This document shows positions 52,166 through 64,000 of a stretch of DNA of 64,000 nucleotides, one piece after another. The position numbers and the translations under genes were made by a program. Numbering within the stretch: position 1 is the stretch's first letter; the number at the start of each line of letters is the position of its first letter. This DNA is from Thalia democratica (lineage: Eukaryota), in the NCBI GenBank assembly GCA_965202585.1, contig OZ241832.1:30070001-30134000 (forward strand). Direction: 5' to 3'. The notes beneath the pieces were generated by a model, which was not told where the DNA came from, made no database searches, and saw nothing but the letters and a program-made list of their open reading frames with translations.

Positions 52166-53171
52166 TACTTACTAGAAAATATACGTAGTGAAACAAACTG
52201 AATTTTTATAAAAACAACTTTAGATATTTTACTTATTAAAATACTAAAACACGTTTTCAACCTCTCGTAGTCTCTTATACTTTCTTTACAAAGATATTTT
52301 ATATTTGTTTAGTAAGAAAGCTGTAGTTATATAGTTATACTGGTACTTCGAAAGTTTACCATTATAAGAAAATTATATTACCATGGTTGCCAAATGTCTT
52401 TGGCAAACGTTTTCCAGGTTTTAGTTTAAACTGTAAATTTTATGTTTTTTGGCAACCTGTATCACAGATTTAAAATAATAATTCTTGCTGTTACAACAGA
52501 TAAAATTCGAATAAGATATTTTTGCTTGGCAACAATCTTGAAGACTGCAGTTTGCCTATTCCTGATTAAAACAAAAATTTCTTATCTTCTCTTTCTTTTC
52601 TCCTTATCTTGACTTGCATCAGTATGACACGTAACCTTGAAAACTTTCTCTTAAACGCTTGGATGAATAAGGATTTTAGCTCAAAACTTTCCACAAAACT
52701 TAAACGGTTATTAAGTTCAATTTGATATGCCGTTACATTATGTTTAGGAAAGGTGGGTTAGGGATAATGGTATAGGTTAAAAATGAAATGAAAAAAATAT
52801 ATATCTATTTTTAACTATATATGAAAATTATTTGCAGATACTTGAAGCAATCCGCTTATTCTACTGAGTTATGTTTAAAAACCTGTTATAGTGAGCAAAC
52901 TGTTTGACCACGAAAAACAATCCATGGATTGGAAAAACAACATTTTGCGACCTGGTTTCTTCCTCATTTGGACTCATCAAGCAGACATGGTCACAATATT
53001 TTTTGTTGTGAGTATACCTGCATAATGATAATTAAATATTGATAACTAATAAATAAATTTAAACAAAACTTAAACTTTTTTCAGGTAAAATCTTTAGAAA
53101 ACGCAATATTCACACGTTTTCAATCATGGATTTTATTCTTTACTATTAAATTAAAGGTGAGTTCCCTATCT

Positions 53172-53430
53172 CAAGAATCGGCAAACTGTGACCCGCGGGA
53201 CAAATTTGGACCTTCAAGCCGAAATCTGCTGCCTGCGAAGTACTTTTTAGCTGAAAACCTATCATTAAAAAACACAAACAAAAACTTTTTTGGTTTAAAG
53301 TAGTATTTTAATATTAATAAGTTTATATATTTTCAGATAACTGCGGCCCATAGAAGACGTACTTCTACAAAGAACGGCCCGCGAGCAACTTTTTCTTAAA
53401 AATTTGTTTACTTATTACAAAACATCCCTG
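53172..53430. mobile_element. Degenerate hAT-type MITE (CGGCCCGCG family)
   Basis: CAAGAATCGGCAAAC...GACCCGCGGG...CGGCCCGCG...ATCCCTG; GC-rich island; TSD unclear. Confidence 0.45.
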
Positions 53431-53773
53431 CTCTAATCAGTGCTTAATTTACAACTTAATTTTAAATGTATTTACACAATTTTAGAAAGTCTAGTTATTT
53501 TTAAAATTTTAATTTTAAAAGTATTTAACCATAAGTTTGATTTGAAACATTTAATAAAATCATTTTGCATTTGTTTTAGATCGTTATTAATTTTTTTCCT
53601 GTTTTTATTTTTATAACAGCAAAATGCACCCAACAATAGACACTTTTAATAAAATGTTATATGCAAAAGTTTGAAATATGTTTTAAGCAAAAAAGATGTT
53701 AAGTCCACATGAGTACAGCTCATAAAAACTTCATTTTATTGTTTGCAACAAGCTTGTAAATTTGTAGCTTGTT

Positions 53774-54515
53774 TTACACTTTTCTTTTCCTTATCACGGG
53801 CAGGGCTATGAAGAGATCATCAAAAACAACTTTTTTTCCAATCTGCTTTCTAACATCTTGCTCAAATATTTCTGTTGGGATTTTATTATTAATAAGATCG
53901 CTTATTAATCTTTCAACACTGCGCAGAGCATAAATGTTTTTGCCTGATTTCTTCTTCTCAAAAGCTTAATTTTTGATTTTTTGCAAGACTTATAAACCTT
54001 TAGCAAGTAACACTTTGTCATATTCAAACATAGCGTTAGGACACTTCAAGATGCTAACAGCTGATCTTCTACTTCTTATCAAAGGCAAAGCTCTGCAGAG
54101 ACCATTGAAGTTAATGTTCCCTGTCTGTTTTCTTACTTGTCGTTCGAATGTTTGCATAAAAATTTTAATCCATGACAAGTTTGCCAATAGATCTTTATAC
54201 GTTATGCGGGTCGTAAGTGTTTTTTGCCAGAATTTTTCCAACAATTAGCTTTGCTTCTGATTTTTCTCAACACATTCAAGCCCTTCTTAAGCATCATACC
54301 TTCCTCAACGCTACCATTTAACTCACTGAACAAGTTTCTAGTGGTATTTTTAACAACACTTTGTTCTTTCAGCATCTTATATGGGATATGCTCTTGATCA
54401 TACACAGTTGGAGCTTTTCTTTTAACGATAAAACGTTGTTTTCTGTGTTGAGCTTCCGACAAGTAAAATTCTGTGGAAAAGTCCAGTGATTCAAAACGAT
54501 TTTGGTAAAAAGAAC
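53774..54515 (-). pseudogene. Decayed paralogue of the tandem TAFH-like terminal exon
   Basis: Acceptor TTCGTTGCAG retained (54516-54525, phase 1); frameshifts near 54200-54225 and in-frame TAA at ~53990 and ~53966; ends ...LPVIRKRKV-TAA like the intact copy. Confidence 0.85.
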
Positions 54516-56650
54516 CTGCAACGAAATTGGACAACTTGTTAGTTTTAAAACAAACTTTGGATTATAAAACAAACAAGTTAAGTTTGCGGAACTGTTTTAG
54601 GTCCTAAATATAACCAGTTTAGAAATATTTTGGATAAGCTTTACTTTAAATAACTAAGTAAGTATACTTATAAAAACAAAATAACTGCATATAATTTTTC
54701 ACATAAAAAACTAAAATTAAAGTTAATAAATAACAAAATTAAAGTTTAAAACTAGTGATTGATTTTGAAACACAACTCAGGATTTTAAACTTTAATTGGT
54801 CAATTCATATATGTCAGGTGCTAGGAGTTACCGTAAGTTCAAACATTAATTTTTTAATAAAACTCAAAAGACATAATGTAGCTTATGTAAAAACAGAATT
54901 AATAAAAATATTCAATAAAAATAAGTGATTAAGTGTTTGAAAACAATTTCAAGGTTTAGTTCAAACTATCTGAGTTAGCATTGTAGGTTTAGATCGTTTT
55001 TGTGAACAGAAATACTGAAAATAATATAGATTTTATACCAAATGATCATCTATAATATAAAAATCGAAAAAACTACAATAAATACAACGACTACCACTTT
55101 CAAAGTTATTAATCATAAATTTTTATACATTTGCTTAACTTACTTAAATATTATTTTTGCTGAAACGTTTTAATTTGGAAAATATTAATACGATAAAACA
55201 AGAAGAGTAAATGACTTTTCAAAACCTCTAAATTATTTTGGAATACAAAAAAAAAAGAGTTTTTATTAAAACAAATTTAACCAGAGTTGTTTGTTTTGCA
55301 AATCAAAAAACGTTTAACGACTGTTTCAAAGCTTTAATTGCAGTTAAAACTAAGATTCAATATCTTTAGGTACGTTTTTTATACTCTGTTTTAGTCTGAT
55401 GACCTACTAAAATAATAAAGTAAAAGTAATAGTCACAGTATATTGTTGTTACAAAAGAAAATAACCGCATCAGACATTTAAGTTTAAAGTAAATGTTTTC
55501 TTAAGATATAAATGCTTATTAAATTATTCTTAATTGTTGCAATAACTTATATTTGTTTCTAAAATAAACCAATATCGAGTTAAAACTAGTCTCATAAATT
55601 TTACTTTCTAAAAAACTCGTTTTTGTTTTGTCTGAAGGTATCAATTTTTTTGTGTACCATATTAAAAGACAAGTTATTTACTTCTAAGCGGAGTAATAGA
55701 TTTCAAGGTGTTTTATAATAATATTGGTTTAACTCCACGTAGTTACTGTTTTAACAGATTGCGAATAAAAAAATCATTTAAGTATAACTTGCGCATGAAA
55801 TTAAAAGAATAAAATTAAAACTTTTGACGAGTTGCACTCTAGATAGTTTAGAGAATATATTCTTCATAGAAAAATAGCTTTTATCTTTCATTTGTTTCAT
55901 TTATAACTACTAAACAAATAAATCTAAGCAAGAGTTGTCAACAGTTAATAATATAATTTAGAAAAAATTAACCGCGAAACATTAAACAATATTTGTTGTT
56001 GTTGAAATTTTTGTAAACATTAAACTTTACACCTGCGAATTTATTTTTGATATTATCTTATATAAATGAACACAATTATTATTTTCAAGATTTAAAAATT
56101 TTAAACATTTGAATTAAAAAGTAAAATTATATAACTTACTTAATTCAAAAAGTTTTTTTATTTAAAAAACCAGAGAAGTTTGAATATTTTTTTGAAAATT
56201 AACTTTGAATTTAAAATAACACGACCAATTTTAAAAGGCTTGTGTGTATAAATTATGTTTGTTGTAAGATATAAACATAAATTTAACATTGAAGATATAG
56301 ATATAAGTATAAAAATTGTTTGAAAAAAAAAAGATAATTACTGAATCTAATTTATCAATACTAATTTAAAAATTTTATGTGAATTTTCTAAATATTAATA
56401 ATTTTGTAATTATTTAATACACGATGAAACTTTGTAATCGTTTCATTAACTACAAAATAATGCAATTTGTTTCTGTAGTTAGATTTAAGTGAAGTGTTTT
56501 ATCTTATTAAATTTGATTACAAATTTTTACACATAAAATTATAAGTTACATGGCAATTCGAACTCTTGAAAAAATGTTTAAAAGGCCACAACTCAAAAAG
56601 TAATATACATTTGAAAATATAAAAAGATGCGTATGTATGTCTATCTTATA

Positions 56651-56966
56651 CAGAGTTTCCCAAAGTGGGCCATGATAATACTAAGAGGCCCATGAGCGTC
56701 AAAGGGGCCTAAGAGGGGGGGGGGTTGTAGTGGTAGTTATGAAACTTACATTAGATATTCTGGAGTTGCTGATGAAGAGCAAAAAAAAAGTCTTAGGTGA
56801 TTGTTATGGTAGTTTTAAAACTTACACCAGATATTCTGGAATCGCTGATGAAGAGCAAAAAAAAATAGGTTTTAGGTGTGTTTAACATGGTATTTTTTGA
56901 GTAATATTGGTACAAGGGGGCCATAGATTTTTAAATTTCTTTAAAGGGGGTCATTTGTTTGGGGGG
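56651..56966. mobile_element. hAT-type MITE relic with internal ~75-bp duplication
   Basis: CAGAGTTTCCCAAAGTGGGC start; AAACTTACA..AGATATTCTGGA..GCTGATGAAGAGCAAAAAAAAA twice; same internal sequence as in 44581-44782. Confidence 0.55.
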
Positions 56967-58011
56967 TAATACCTACAAACACTTTTTTTTGTAAAAATTT
57001 TTAAATAAAAAAACATTTAATCGTTAAAAGTTACAATGTTTTATAAATTATATAGGCCATACCTCTAAAAATATATAAAAAATTCAAAAAAATAAATTTT
57101 GTAGGTATGTATTTGACATACACAAGTTTTTTATTTATTCACACATACATTACTTTTTGAGTTGTCGTTCTTTAACAAAAATTTTAGAGTTTGAATTGTC
57201 GGAATTTGAGTTGTCTGAAATTGAACAGTCTTGCACTAAAATTTTTAATGAGTCTAATGTTTGCAGACGAAGCTAACTATATTTTCGTACGAACAAAAAT
57301 AAATACGACTTAGAATTAATTATACTTTTTGTGGCAGTAAGCACAGCTTTCGTATTTATTAATATAAAATTTTAGGCAGTTTTGAAACACAAATTGTTCT
57401 AAAATTTTAAGTTAGCATCTGAATGTACAATTAAAACGTCCAGTTTAAAAAAACAATATGATGAAACAGAGCTGGTATTATTGGTTAACTTAATAAGTTT
57501 TGCATTTTTATAAAAAATAAAGAAATTAGAACTTTTCTGTTCTGAAAAAACACTAAGTAATAATAATATCTTTTGTATTACTTACATAATCATGAATAAT
57601 ATATTACTTAATGAATCAAAGAAAGTTGAAAATTCACAAACAAGATGCAAACTATAAAACTAATAGTTTTTTTTTTACTTGATCACTACCGAGTTGTTAT
57701 AAACGTAATTAATTTACTAATTTTAAGTGTAATATGTACACCATGAACTTGATTTAAAAAATAAAATGTGTCTTAAAAAGTAAAAATGAATCAATAAAAG
57801 CTAGTTCTATCGTATTATAAGTACTCTATAAAAGATCAACAATCAAAAATTATTGTTGTTAATTTTTTTTTTCCTTTTTTTTTAATACTCTACAAAAACT
57901 ATGCCATAAAAACAAAATGAAAAACAATCGAACACTTATTTTTGCTTTATTGTAACACCAATTAGAAAACACTCTTAATTAAAGTTAGTTTTATCTGGAA
58001 ACTTAAACCAC

Positions 58012-58206
58012 TCATTCGTCAGTAAAATCTTGTCGATTGAGTCGTGCTCCATTTGCTCTAAACTCCCAATTTTCAACTTTCCCTAGTCCAAGACTGGATT
58101 CGGCCGTGTGGCCGCTCCTCTTCTGCCTCACAAGCTGCGACATGCCCGCATCGCAGCAGAAGAAGAAAAACAGAAAGAGCGCTCCGATGAAAAAACTGAG
58201 CTTCAT
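58012..58206 (-). CDS. Single-exon 64-aa prepropeptide (signal peptide, RQKR furin-type site, 34-aa mature region)
   Basis: MKLSFFIGALFLFFFFCCDA-GMSQLVRQKR-SGHTAESSLGLGKVENWEFRANGARLNRQDFTDE*; GC-rich island in AT-rich surroundings; upstream TATA/Inr. Confidence 0.7.
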   Translation of the reverse strand: MKLSFFIGALFLFFFFCCDAGMSQLVRQKRSGHTAESSLGLGKVENWEFRANGARLNRQDFTDE

Positions 58207-58230
58207 GTTGTCTATGTAGCTGGTTGTTGT

Positions 58231-58263
58231 GAATTGAAATACCATCGAGTTGATCGTCTTATA
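58231..58263 (-). promoter_or_regulatory. TATA-like box plus initiator-like element for the prepropeptide gene
   Basis: TATAAG at 58263-58258 and TCAATTC at 58237-58231 (putative +1 at 58235), 28 nt apart. Confidence 0.5.
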
Positions 58264-61200
58264 GCGTGATGATGTTCACTGAACAAGTTAATGCCTCTGG
58301 GCAAATTTTTACTTATTTATTAATTAACAAACTAAAACGCAGCAAATTGTTAAAAAAAGCTTTTTTCGTATACGCCACACCTAATTTTTTTAATATCAAA
58401 CTTTTTATATTAGTAGTGTTTTGTATACTGCGTTATCTGATATACTTTTAATTTGTTGTGCAGCAAAAGTACGCTACAACTAAAAATTTTACAACTTTTT
58501 TTTATATTTAAGTGATTAAAATTATAAAACCCGTTTTTGCATATGCAACAACTAAAATTTAAAATTCTAGTAGAAAGCAATTTATTTTTTACAAAAGACA
58601 TTTAAAAGTGCTTTTTGTAAATTTCTACATTCAAAAAATAAAAAAGTAGTGATTGTAAGTTTTTTAATGTTGTACAAATTTGTTATGTATAAAAACTTTA
58701 ATGATAGAAATAAGACCACTTTAGTTTTACTTCTATTTACTGAAATTCGTATTTAAAATCTATGTAAAGTTTTCATATTTTTGTAATAGACATTAATACT
58801 TAAGGAAAGTGAAATAATTTCAATAAAACAATCAATTAAATATATTTAAACCCTTTGTTTTTACTTTTATTTGCTATAGCAGCTTCAAATTATTTTTATA
58901 AAAACAATTTTTCTATTTCATTATCAATTAAGAATATTTTAAAGTTTATGTTTTTAAGGCTAATTAAAAGTTTATTTTAACAAAAATATTTTGTTTGTGT
59001 GTTTTTTCTACTGATTATAATAGCGGTACATGTTTATTGACATGACGTATATAAGTAAAATCAAATAAAAAACTAATATTTAATCGTTGAAACTTTTACG
59101 TTTAGAAGATTAAAATAATTACAATTGTAAAAAAGTTACTAAAACCTCAGTTGAGTTTTTGTTTAATTGGTTCAAGCGATAGGCGTAATATTTATGCTGT
59201 TAAGCTTTTATTTTTACTACGTGCTTCAAGTCATGTTTTATCACGTTATCTTTAACCACAAACTTGCGGTGTGGTACCTCACACTTTTCCACTTAATACT
59301 ACAAATTTGTTAAAAACAAATTAAATTGTTCGTGATGTTTTTGATGAACTTAAGTTTGACGTAAAAAGTGGTTTTAGTTTTTCGTTTCAAATGACCATTA
59401 ACCACATAACACCGTACATCGCAAAATTTATTTATTAACATGTTTCTTACCAATTTAAGAAATTTGTATTTAATAATTTTTATTTTTTATCAACAACACT
59501 GTATGCATACTAATAATAAAATTTGTTGAGATGTTTTAGTCAAATCAAAAAAAAAGTCTTTAAAACGAAACTTTTGTCGTAAACAACTACTTAATAGCGC
59601 TGCTATGCACTCTAGTTATTCTAAACTGCAAAAATTTATTTTAGCAAAAAAAAAACAATAATTTTGCTTAACTAAATTAAAATTAGTAGAAGTATATAGA
59701 TTGATAAATAATTTTTTTAGTTTATTATCTTTTATTTCAAACTATTTACTATTAGATTGTTCCAGATTATAACATATTCAAGCTTATTTAGTTATACATT
59801 AAGATAACTTAAAATCAACTTTTTAAATATCAATTTCAATAACATTCCGACACTCTAGAATACTTCAATTAGTTAAACTAAATTTTTGTTTTTAAAACTT
59901 ATAAGCTTGCATTTAACTTTATTTTTAAATTTAATGATAAAAATATTTAGGTCAAAAAGTTTGTATAATTAGTTTGTATATAACAGTTTTAAAAGGCTTA
60001 AGTTTGTATAATTAGTTCGTATAGAACAATTTTAAAAGGATTTAAAGTTTTATTTTTTTTTATCACTGGTTTTAATGTTAGCTACATGTTTTTTAATCTA
60101 TTTACTTATAACATCTAAGTTCAAGTTTTACAACAAAATTAAAGTTTTTATTTACGTTAAATAATCTTACATTTATATAAAACTAACTTAAAATGTTAAA
60201 TTTTTATGACTAAAATTTTGTTGTTGACATTAACACCTTTTGTATCTAGATTAGTTATTAATAAAATACTAATTTAATTACTTTTTAAAACGATGATTTC
60301 ACCAAAAATTTTTAGATACTTTATTTTAATGTAAGTTTTGCCTTTCATGTTATTGAAAGTATGTAAAAGTTCCAAATAGATTATAAAAATGTTTAAATTG
60401 AAAATATAGACCTCTTTTTTTTAATTCTGTTGCTTTATGTATTTAAATATTTAAATTAAAAAGATATTTCCTATAAATATACATTTTATCTTAATAACGC
60501 ATACAGGAAGATAATATGGGAAGAAAAAGTAAATAATTTAAATTCATTAGTGAATGTTTGCTCTTTAAGTAATGCTTATGTTGGGTTAAGTTTTTAATAC
60601 ATTTATCATTAGTTTAAAAAACATTACAAATTGATCTTAAGTATACTTAAAAAAAACATAAAGATTACCGTAAAGTATAACGAAAAACACCAATATTGTA
60701 TTAATATATAAGTGAGTCTTCTGTTAATTAAAGTAAACAAAATTATCCTAGTTGTTTATCGTTAGTATTTTTATATCATAAAATGAAAAGTATAAACAGT
60801 TTTTATGATTAAATATAAAGAAAAGCTATACATTTAGCTTTTATTAACTAAATTTTTACTAAGTTATGCATAGTGAAAACTTAATGTGTGTCATATTATG
60901 GAAGAAGACATCATACTTTTTTTTCATGAATTGTTTTTTTAATAAAGTTTTAAGTAATAAAATACATGTAGTACGAGTAAATTTCACGCTTAAATTAAGC
61001 AAGTTTTTTCCAAATGTTTTAAATAAGTAAAAATATAAGGGGTATATATACGTTAGTTTTTTAAAACAAAACCATTGTTATATTTTTAAATTCTATATAC
61101 AATTAAAAACTTTATTTGAAAATATTATTAGCAAAACGTTTTGGATTTAATATATTCTAGAATAATAAAATGCTTATTAAATAAAAAGAATTTTAATATT

Positions 61201-62181
61201 TTTTTGTGTTTGTTTATTCAAATATTAATTGCTTTAATAAATTTCAATCGATTAAAAAAAGTTGAAATTTTTGCAAAAAAAATTCAATGTACAAGTGATT
61301 CAGTTTTTTACAATTTTACCTTAACTAAAAAGTTGTGACCTATTCTTTGAGTATTTTGATGTCTGCAATTTTTATTGTTTATCTCGTTTTTCATATAAGT
61401 TTTAAAAAGTTTTTTAAGTATGGAAATTTTATTTACTTCAAAGTTTATAATTGTTAGGCTTAGTGTGTATTTCCAGAAAATATGTTCTGTAAATTATCAG
61501 TAAAATTTTCTTATGTAAACACATAACTGGACTAATTTCCTTTCTTGATTTCTTAAGTTTTAAAAGTTCAGGTAACAAAATTAAATTTTTTAGCTCGTAA
61601 AAATTTTTAAAGCATGTGGTGTTCGACTCAATAACCGTAAGGTTTTTTCGTACAACAGGTTCATAGACCAACATTTTTGAGCACTAATGAAAGCATAAAA
61701 CTTGTAAGGATAAATTTTAAAGTTGTTTTAAAACAAATTCCCACTCATATTCTAAGTACTAAAAAAGGCTTCAGAAGTAGTTAAAATAGTACAGTAACCT
61801 GCCAACTAGGTACGCACTACTTGTATGGTATGCAATTTCTAGCCGAAAAACGCTAGTTAAAGTTATTATATTTGTAGCGTTCTTTCAGTCGTTTTATTGA
61901 CCTCTTCTTAAGTTAAAACCTTTTCTATATCTTATACATACTTACTCTTTAATACTTCCCTAATTTTGACTTTTTAGTATTTATGTATAATATTTAGTAA
62001 TAGTAATTGTTTTTTAAATATTAGTAAATTTATATAAATATATATACTTAATACCTATCCTGGCAAAACAAAATAACAATTCAGTGTGCTCATTTATATA
62101 TAGATTCACGAATTAAATAAACAGTGAAATTGTAAAAGGTTCACATTGATTTGTTCACTCGTCAACATCTCGCTTAATGTG

Positions 62182-62215
62182 ATTGGTGCATATCTGATTG
62201 CTGGCACGTGATTGG
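62182..62215. promoter_or_regulatory. CCAAT-box / E-box cluster (putative promoter)
   Basis: ATTGG at 62182-62186 and 62211-62215, CACGTG at 62205-62210, in a CpG-containing patch. Confidence 0.35.
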
Positions 62216-62948
62216 TCGAATTTTCCGTCGTTAAAACACTTCCTTTGTTTTCTGAAGTTTGTACAAAGGAAACTTGTGTATTTGGACTGAAATGTGAATA
62301 ACTTATAACAAAAAATTCCTTTAAATTAGAAGCATAAAATAGGAATACATAATAAATATTTTAAAAATACTCTATTTTCGGTAAAATTTATTTTTTTTTT
62401 AAGTTAGTACCTATCAAAAAAAAATAATAATTTTGTATTATTATAATTATATATAATTTTATTCGTGTTCTATCCTGATATTTCATAAGTAAGATATTTT
62501 TTCACCTTAAAATGTTGGTCGTTTTATTTCTTATGCTGCAAATTAGACTTGGTAACATATATTTCAAAGAGTTTATAGAAAATGCAATTAGCAATTTGAC
62601 TTAAATTCAATTTTAGTAGAATTACCTTCAGAAATTCAAGTCTGGCAAGGAAAACTGATGATGTAGCTTTCAAGCGGCTTCAGATTGGGATAGGAGCGCT
62701 TCATCGTTGGGGATTTTCCCTATGATGAGACTCACACATCAGGGTTTCCAACTTGATGTTTCCAAGCCTCTGATCGCCTTCCTCATGTTGATCAGCATCC
62801 CTCGAATTACTCGCAGCAAACTGATAGTTATTATAATTACTTATAAAAAAAACTAATTAAAACTTTCTAAATTAAAAATAGTAAAACAGCAATTTTTGGT
62901 ACAGAATAATTGCAATTTGTTTATTTTATTTTACAATCCTTTTATATA

Positions 62949-63340
62949 CAGGGTTGCCACTCGTTTTTTCAAAATTTTTTCCAGGTTTTTAAAAGTACAC
63001 ATTTTTGGGTCTCTTTTTAGTTTTAAGCTAGTTTCTATATAAGAAACTGTGTTTAATAATATAAAAACATTAAAAAGATACTGTAAAGTTATTTTAAATG
63101 TGTTTTTTAACCAAAAAATTTTCGATGATGACAAAAAAAAATTATTTATATGATAGATTTTTTGTGTCAAATCGAAATTTTATTACTGAAAATGTTTAAA
63201 TTATTTAAAATTCCAGGTTTTTCCATAAAAATTCCAGATTCTTCAAGGTTTTTTTCAAAATATCTCAAATTCCAGGTTTTTCCAGGTTATTTTTGCCTAA
63301 ATTGTCAAATTCCAGGTTTCCAGGTAAAGTGGCAACCCTG
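62949..63340. mobile_element. hAT-type MITE (CAGGGTTGCCAC family)
   Basis: Perfect 12-bp TIR CAGGGTTGCCAC / GTGGCAACCCTG, TATATA on both flanks, internal TTCCAGG(TT) arrays; homologous to 18370-18702. Confidence 0.85.
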
Positions 63341-64000
63341 TATATACGAAACAATAAATTGATAACTAATTCAAAATAATTAATTCACCTTGATGTCGAA
63401 TAATTGAAAATGAACATATCAATTGTATTTCATTGAATGTGGAATTTGGCAAAATTGCGCTCTTTTTGGTATTTTCAGCGACAACTCGTGTAAGACCTCG
63501 TGCGAATAGAAAGCAACTCGACCATTAAAATTATCAATATAGCTTTTGCTGATAAATACCGAGCAAAAAATCTGAGAAAAACTTCTTACAACTCAATATA
63601 AGAAAAACATGCGGAATTATGACAAAGAAACATAACTTAAAACAAAGATAAGAAAGGAATATTGAAAGAAAAATAATGATACTTATTTTTTAAGTCTGAA
63701 GTATATAAATTCTAATTCAAGACCAATTTACAATTTAACCAAAACAAAATAGATTTATTGGGTAGTTTTGTTTAAAACAAATATCATGAGGTAAAATCTC
63801 TAAGTATAACTTGTTTGTCAACAGTTAAGTAATGAACCTAAGATGAAGAACTATTTGGAAGAAAATTTTTTGTTTAATAAAAGAATTCGATTTGCCTGTT
63901 ATTCATAAATGTATTTAAGTCGATGATGCTGATTTATATTTTTAAACCAACACACATCTGATGAGCTATGAATACTGTTTTTAACAGCTTAAATAGCTTA

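Larger units (their letters stand above)
38620..54870. repeat. Tandem segmental duplication, copy B
   Basis: See copy A anchors; carries its own insertions at 38764, 44581, ~46780-49390 and 51419. Confidence 0.88.

Noticed and set aside
58207-58245. Longer 77-aa start for the prepropeptide ORF
   Set aside because: That ATG lies upstream of the predicted initiator (58235) and would bury the signal peptide.
59956-60045. 43-bp direct tandem duplication
   Set aside because: Ordinary local slippage duplication with no further structure.

Overview
Very AT-rich eukaryotic genomic DNA with GT-AG introns (some only ~60 nt), most consistent with an invertebrate animal; the taxon cannot be fixed from sequence alone. 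No rRNA, tRNA or CRISPR array was recognised. Contents: (1) a 6-exon plus-strand gene for an orphan ~358-aa secreted protein (2018-6232); (2) a ~16-kb-unit tandem duplication (about 17.5-38.5 kb and 38.6-54.9 kb). The same minus-strand coiled-coil/IKIEP exon module splices in phase 1 to a five-finger C2H2 terminal exon in copy A but to a terminal exon with two tandem TAFH/NHR1-like repeats in copy B. This looks like a chimeric gene born at the duplication junction, with the second TAFH-like exon decayed. (3) A fold-back Penelope-like retroelement (RT plus GIY-YIG, minimal hammerhead motif in each arm) nested in a MULE-like element with a 9-bp TSD; (4) a compact single-exon prepropeptide gene with TATA/Inr (58012-58206); (5) many hAT-, Kolobok- and Tc1/mariner-type MITEs, several with an empty site in the paralogous copy. 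All gene models were assembled by hand from splice signals and reading phase; domain calls come from recalled motifs, not database searches.
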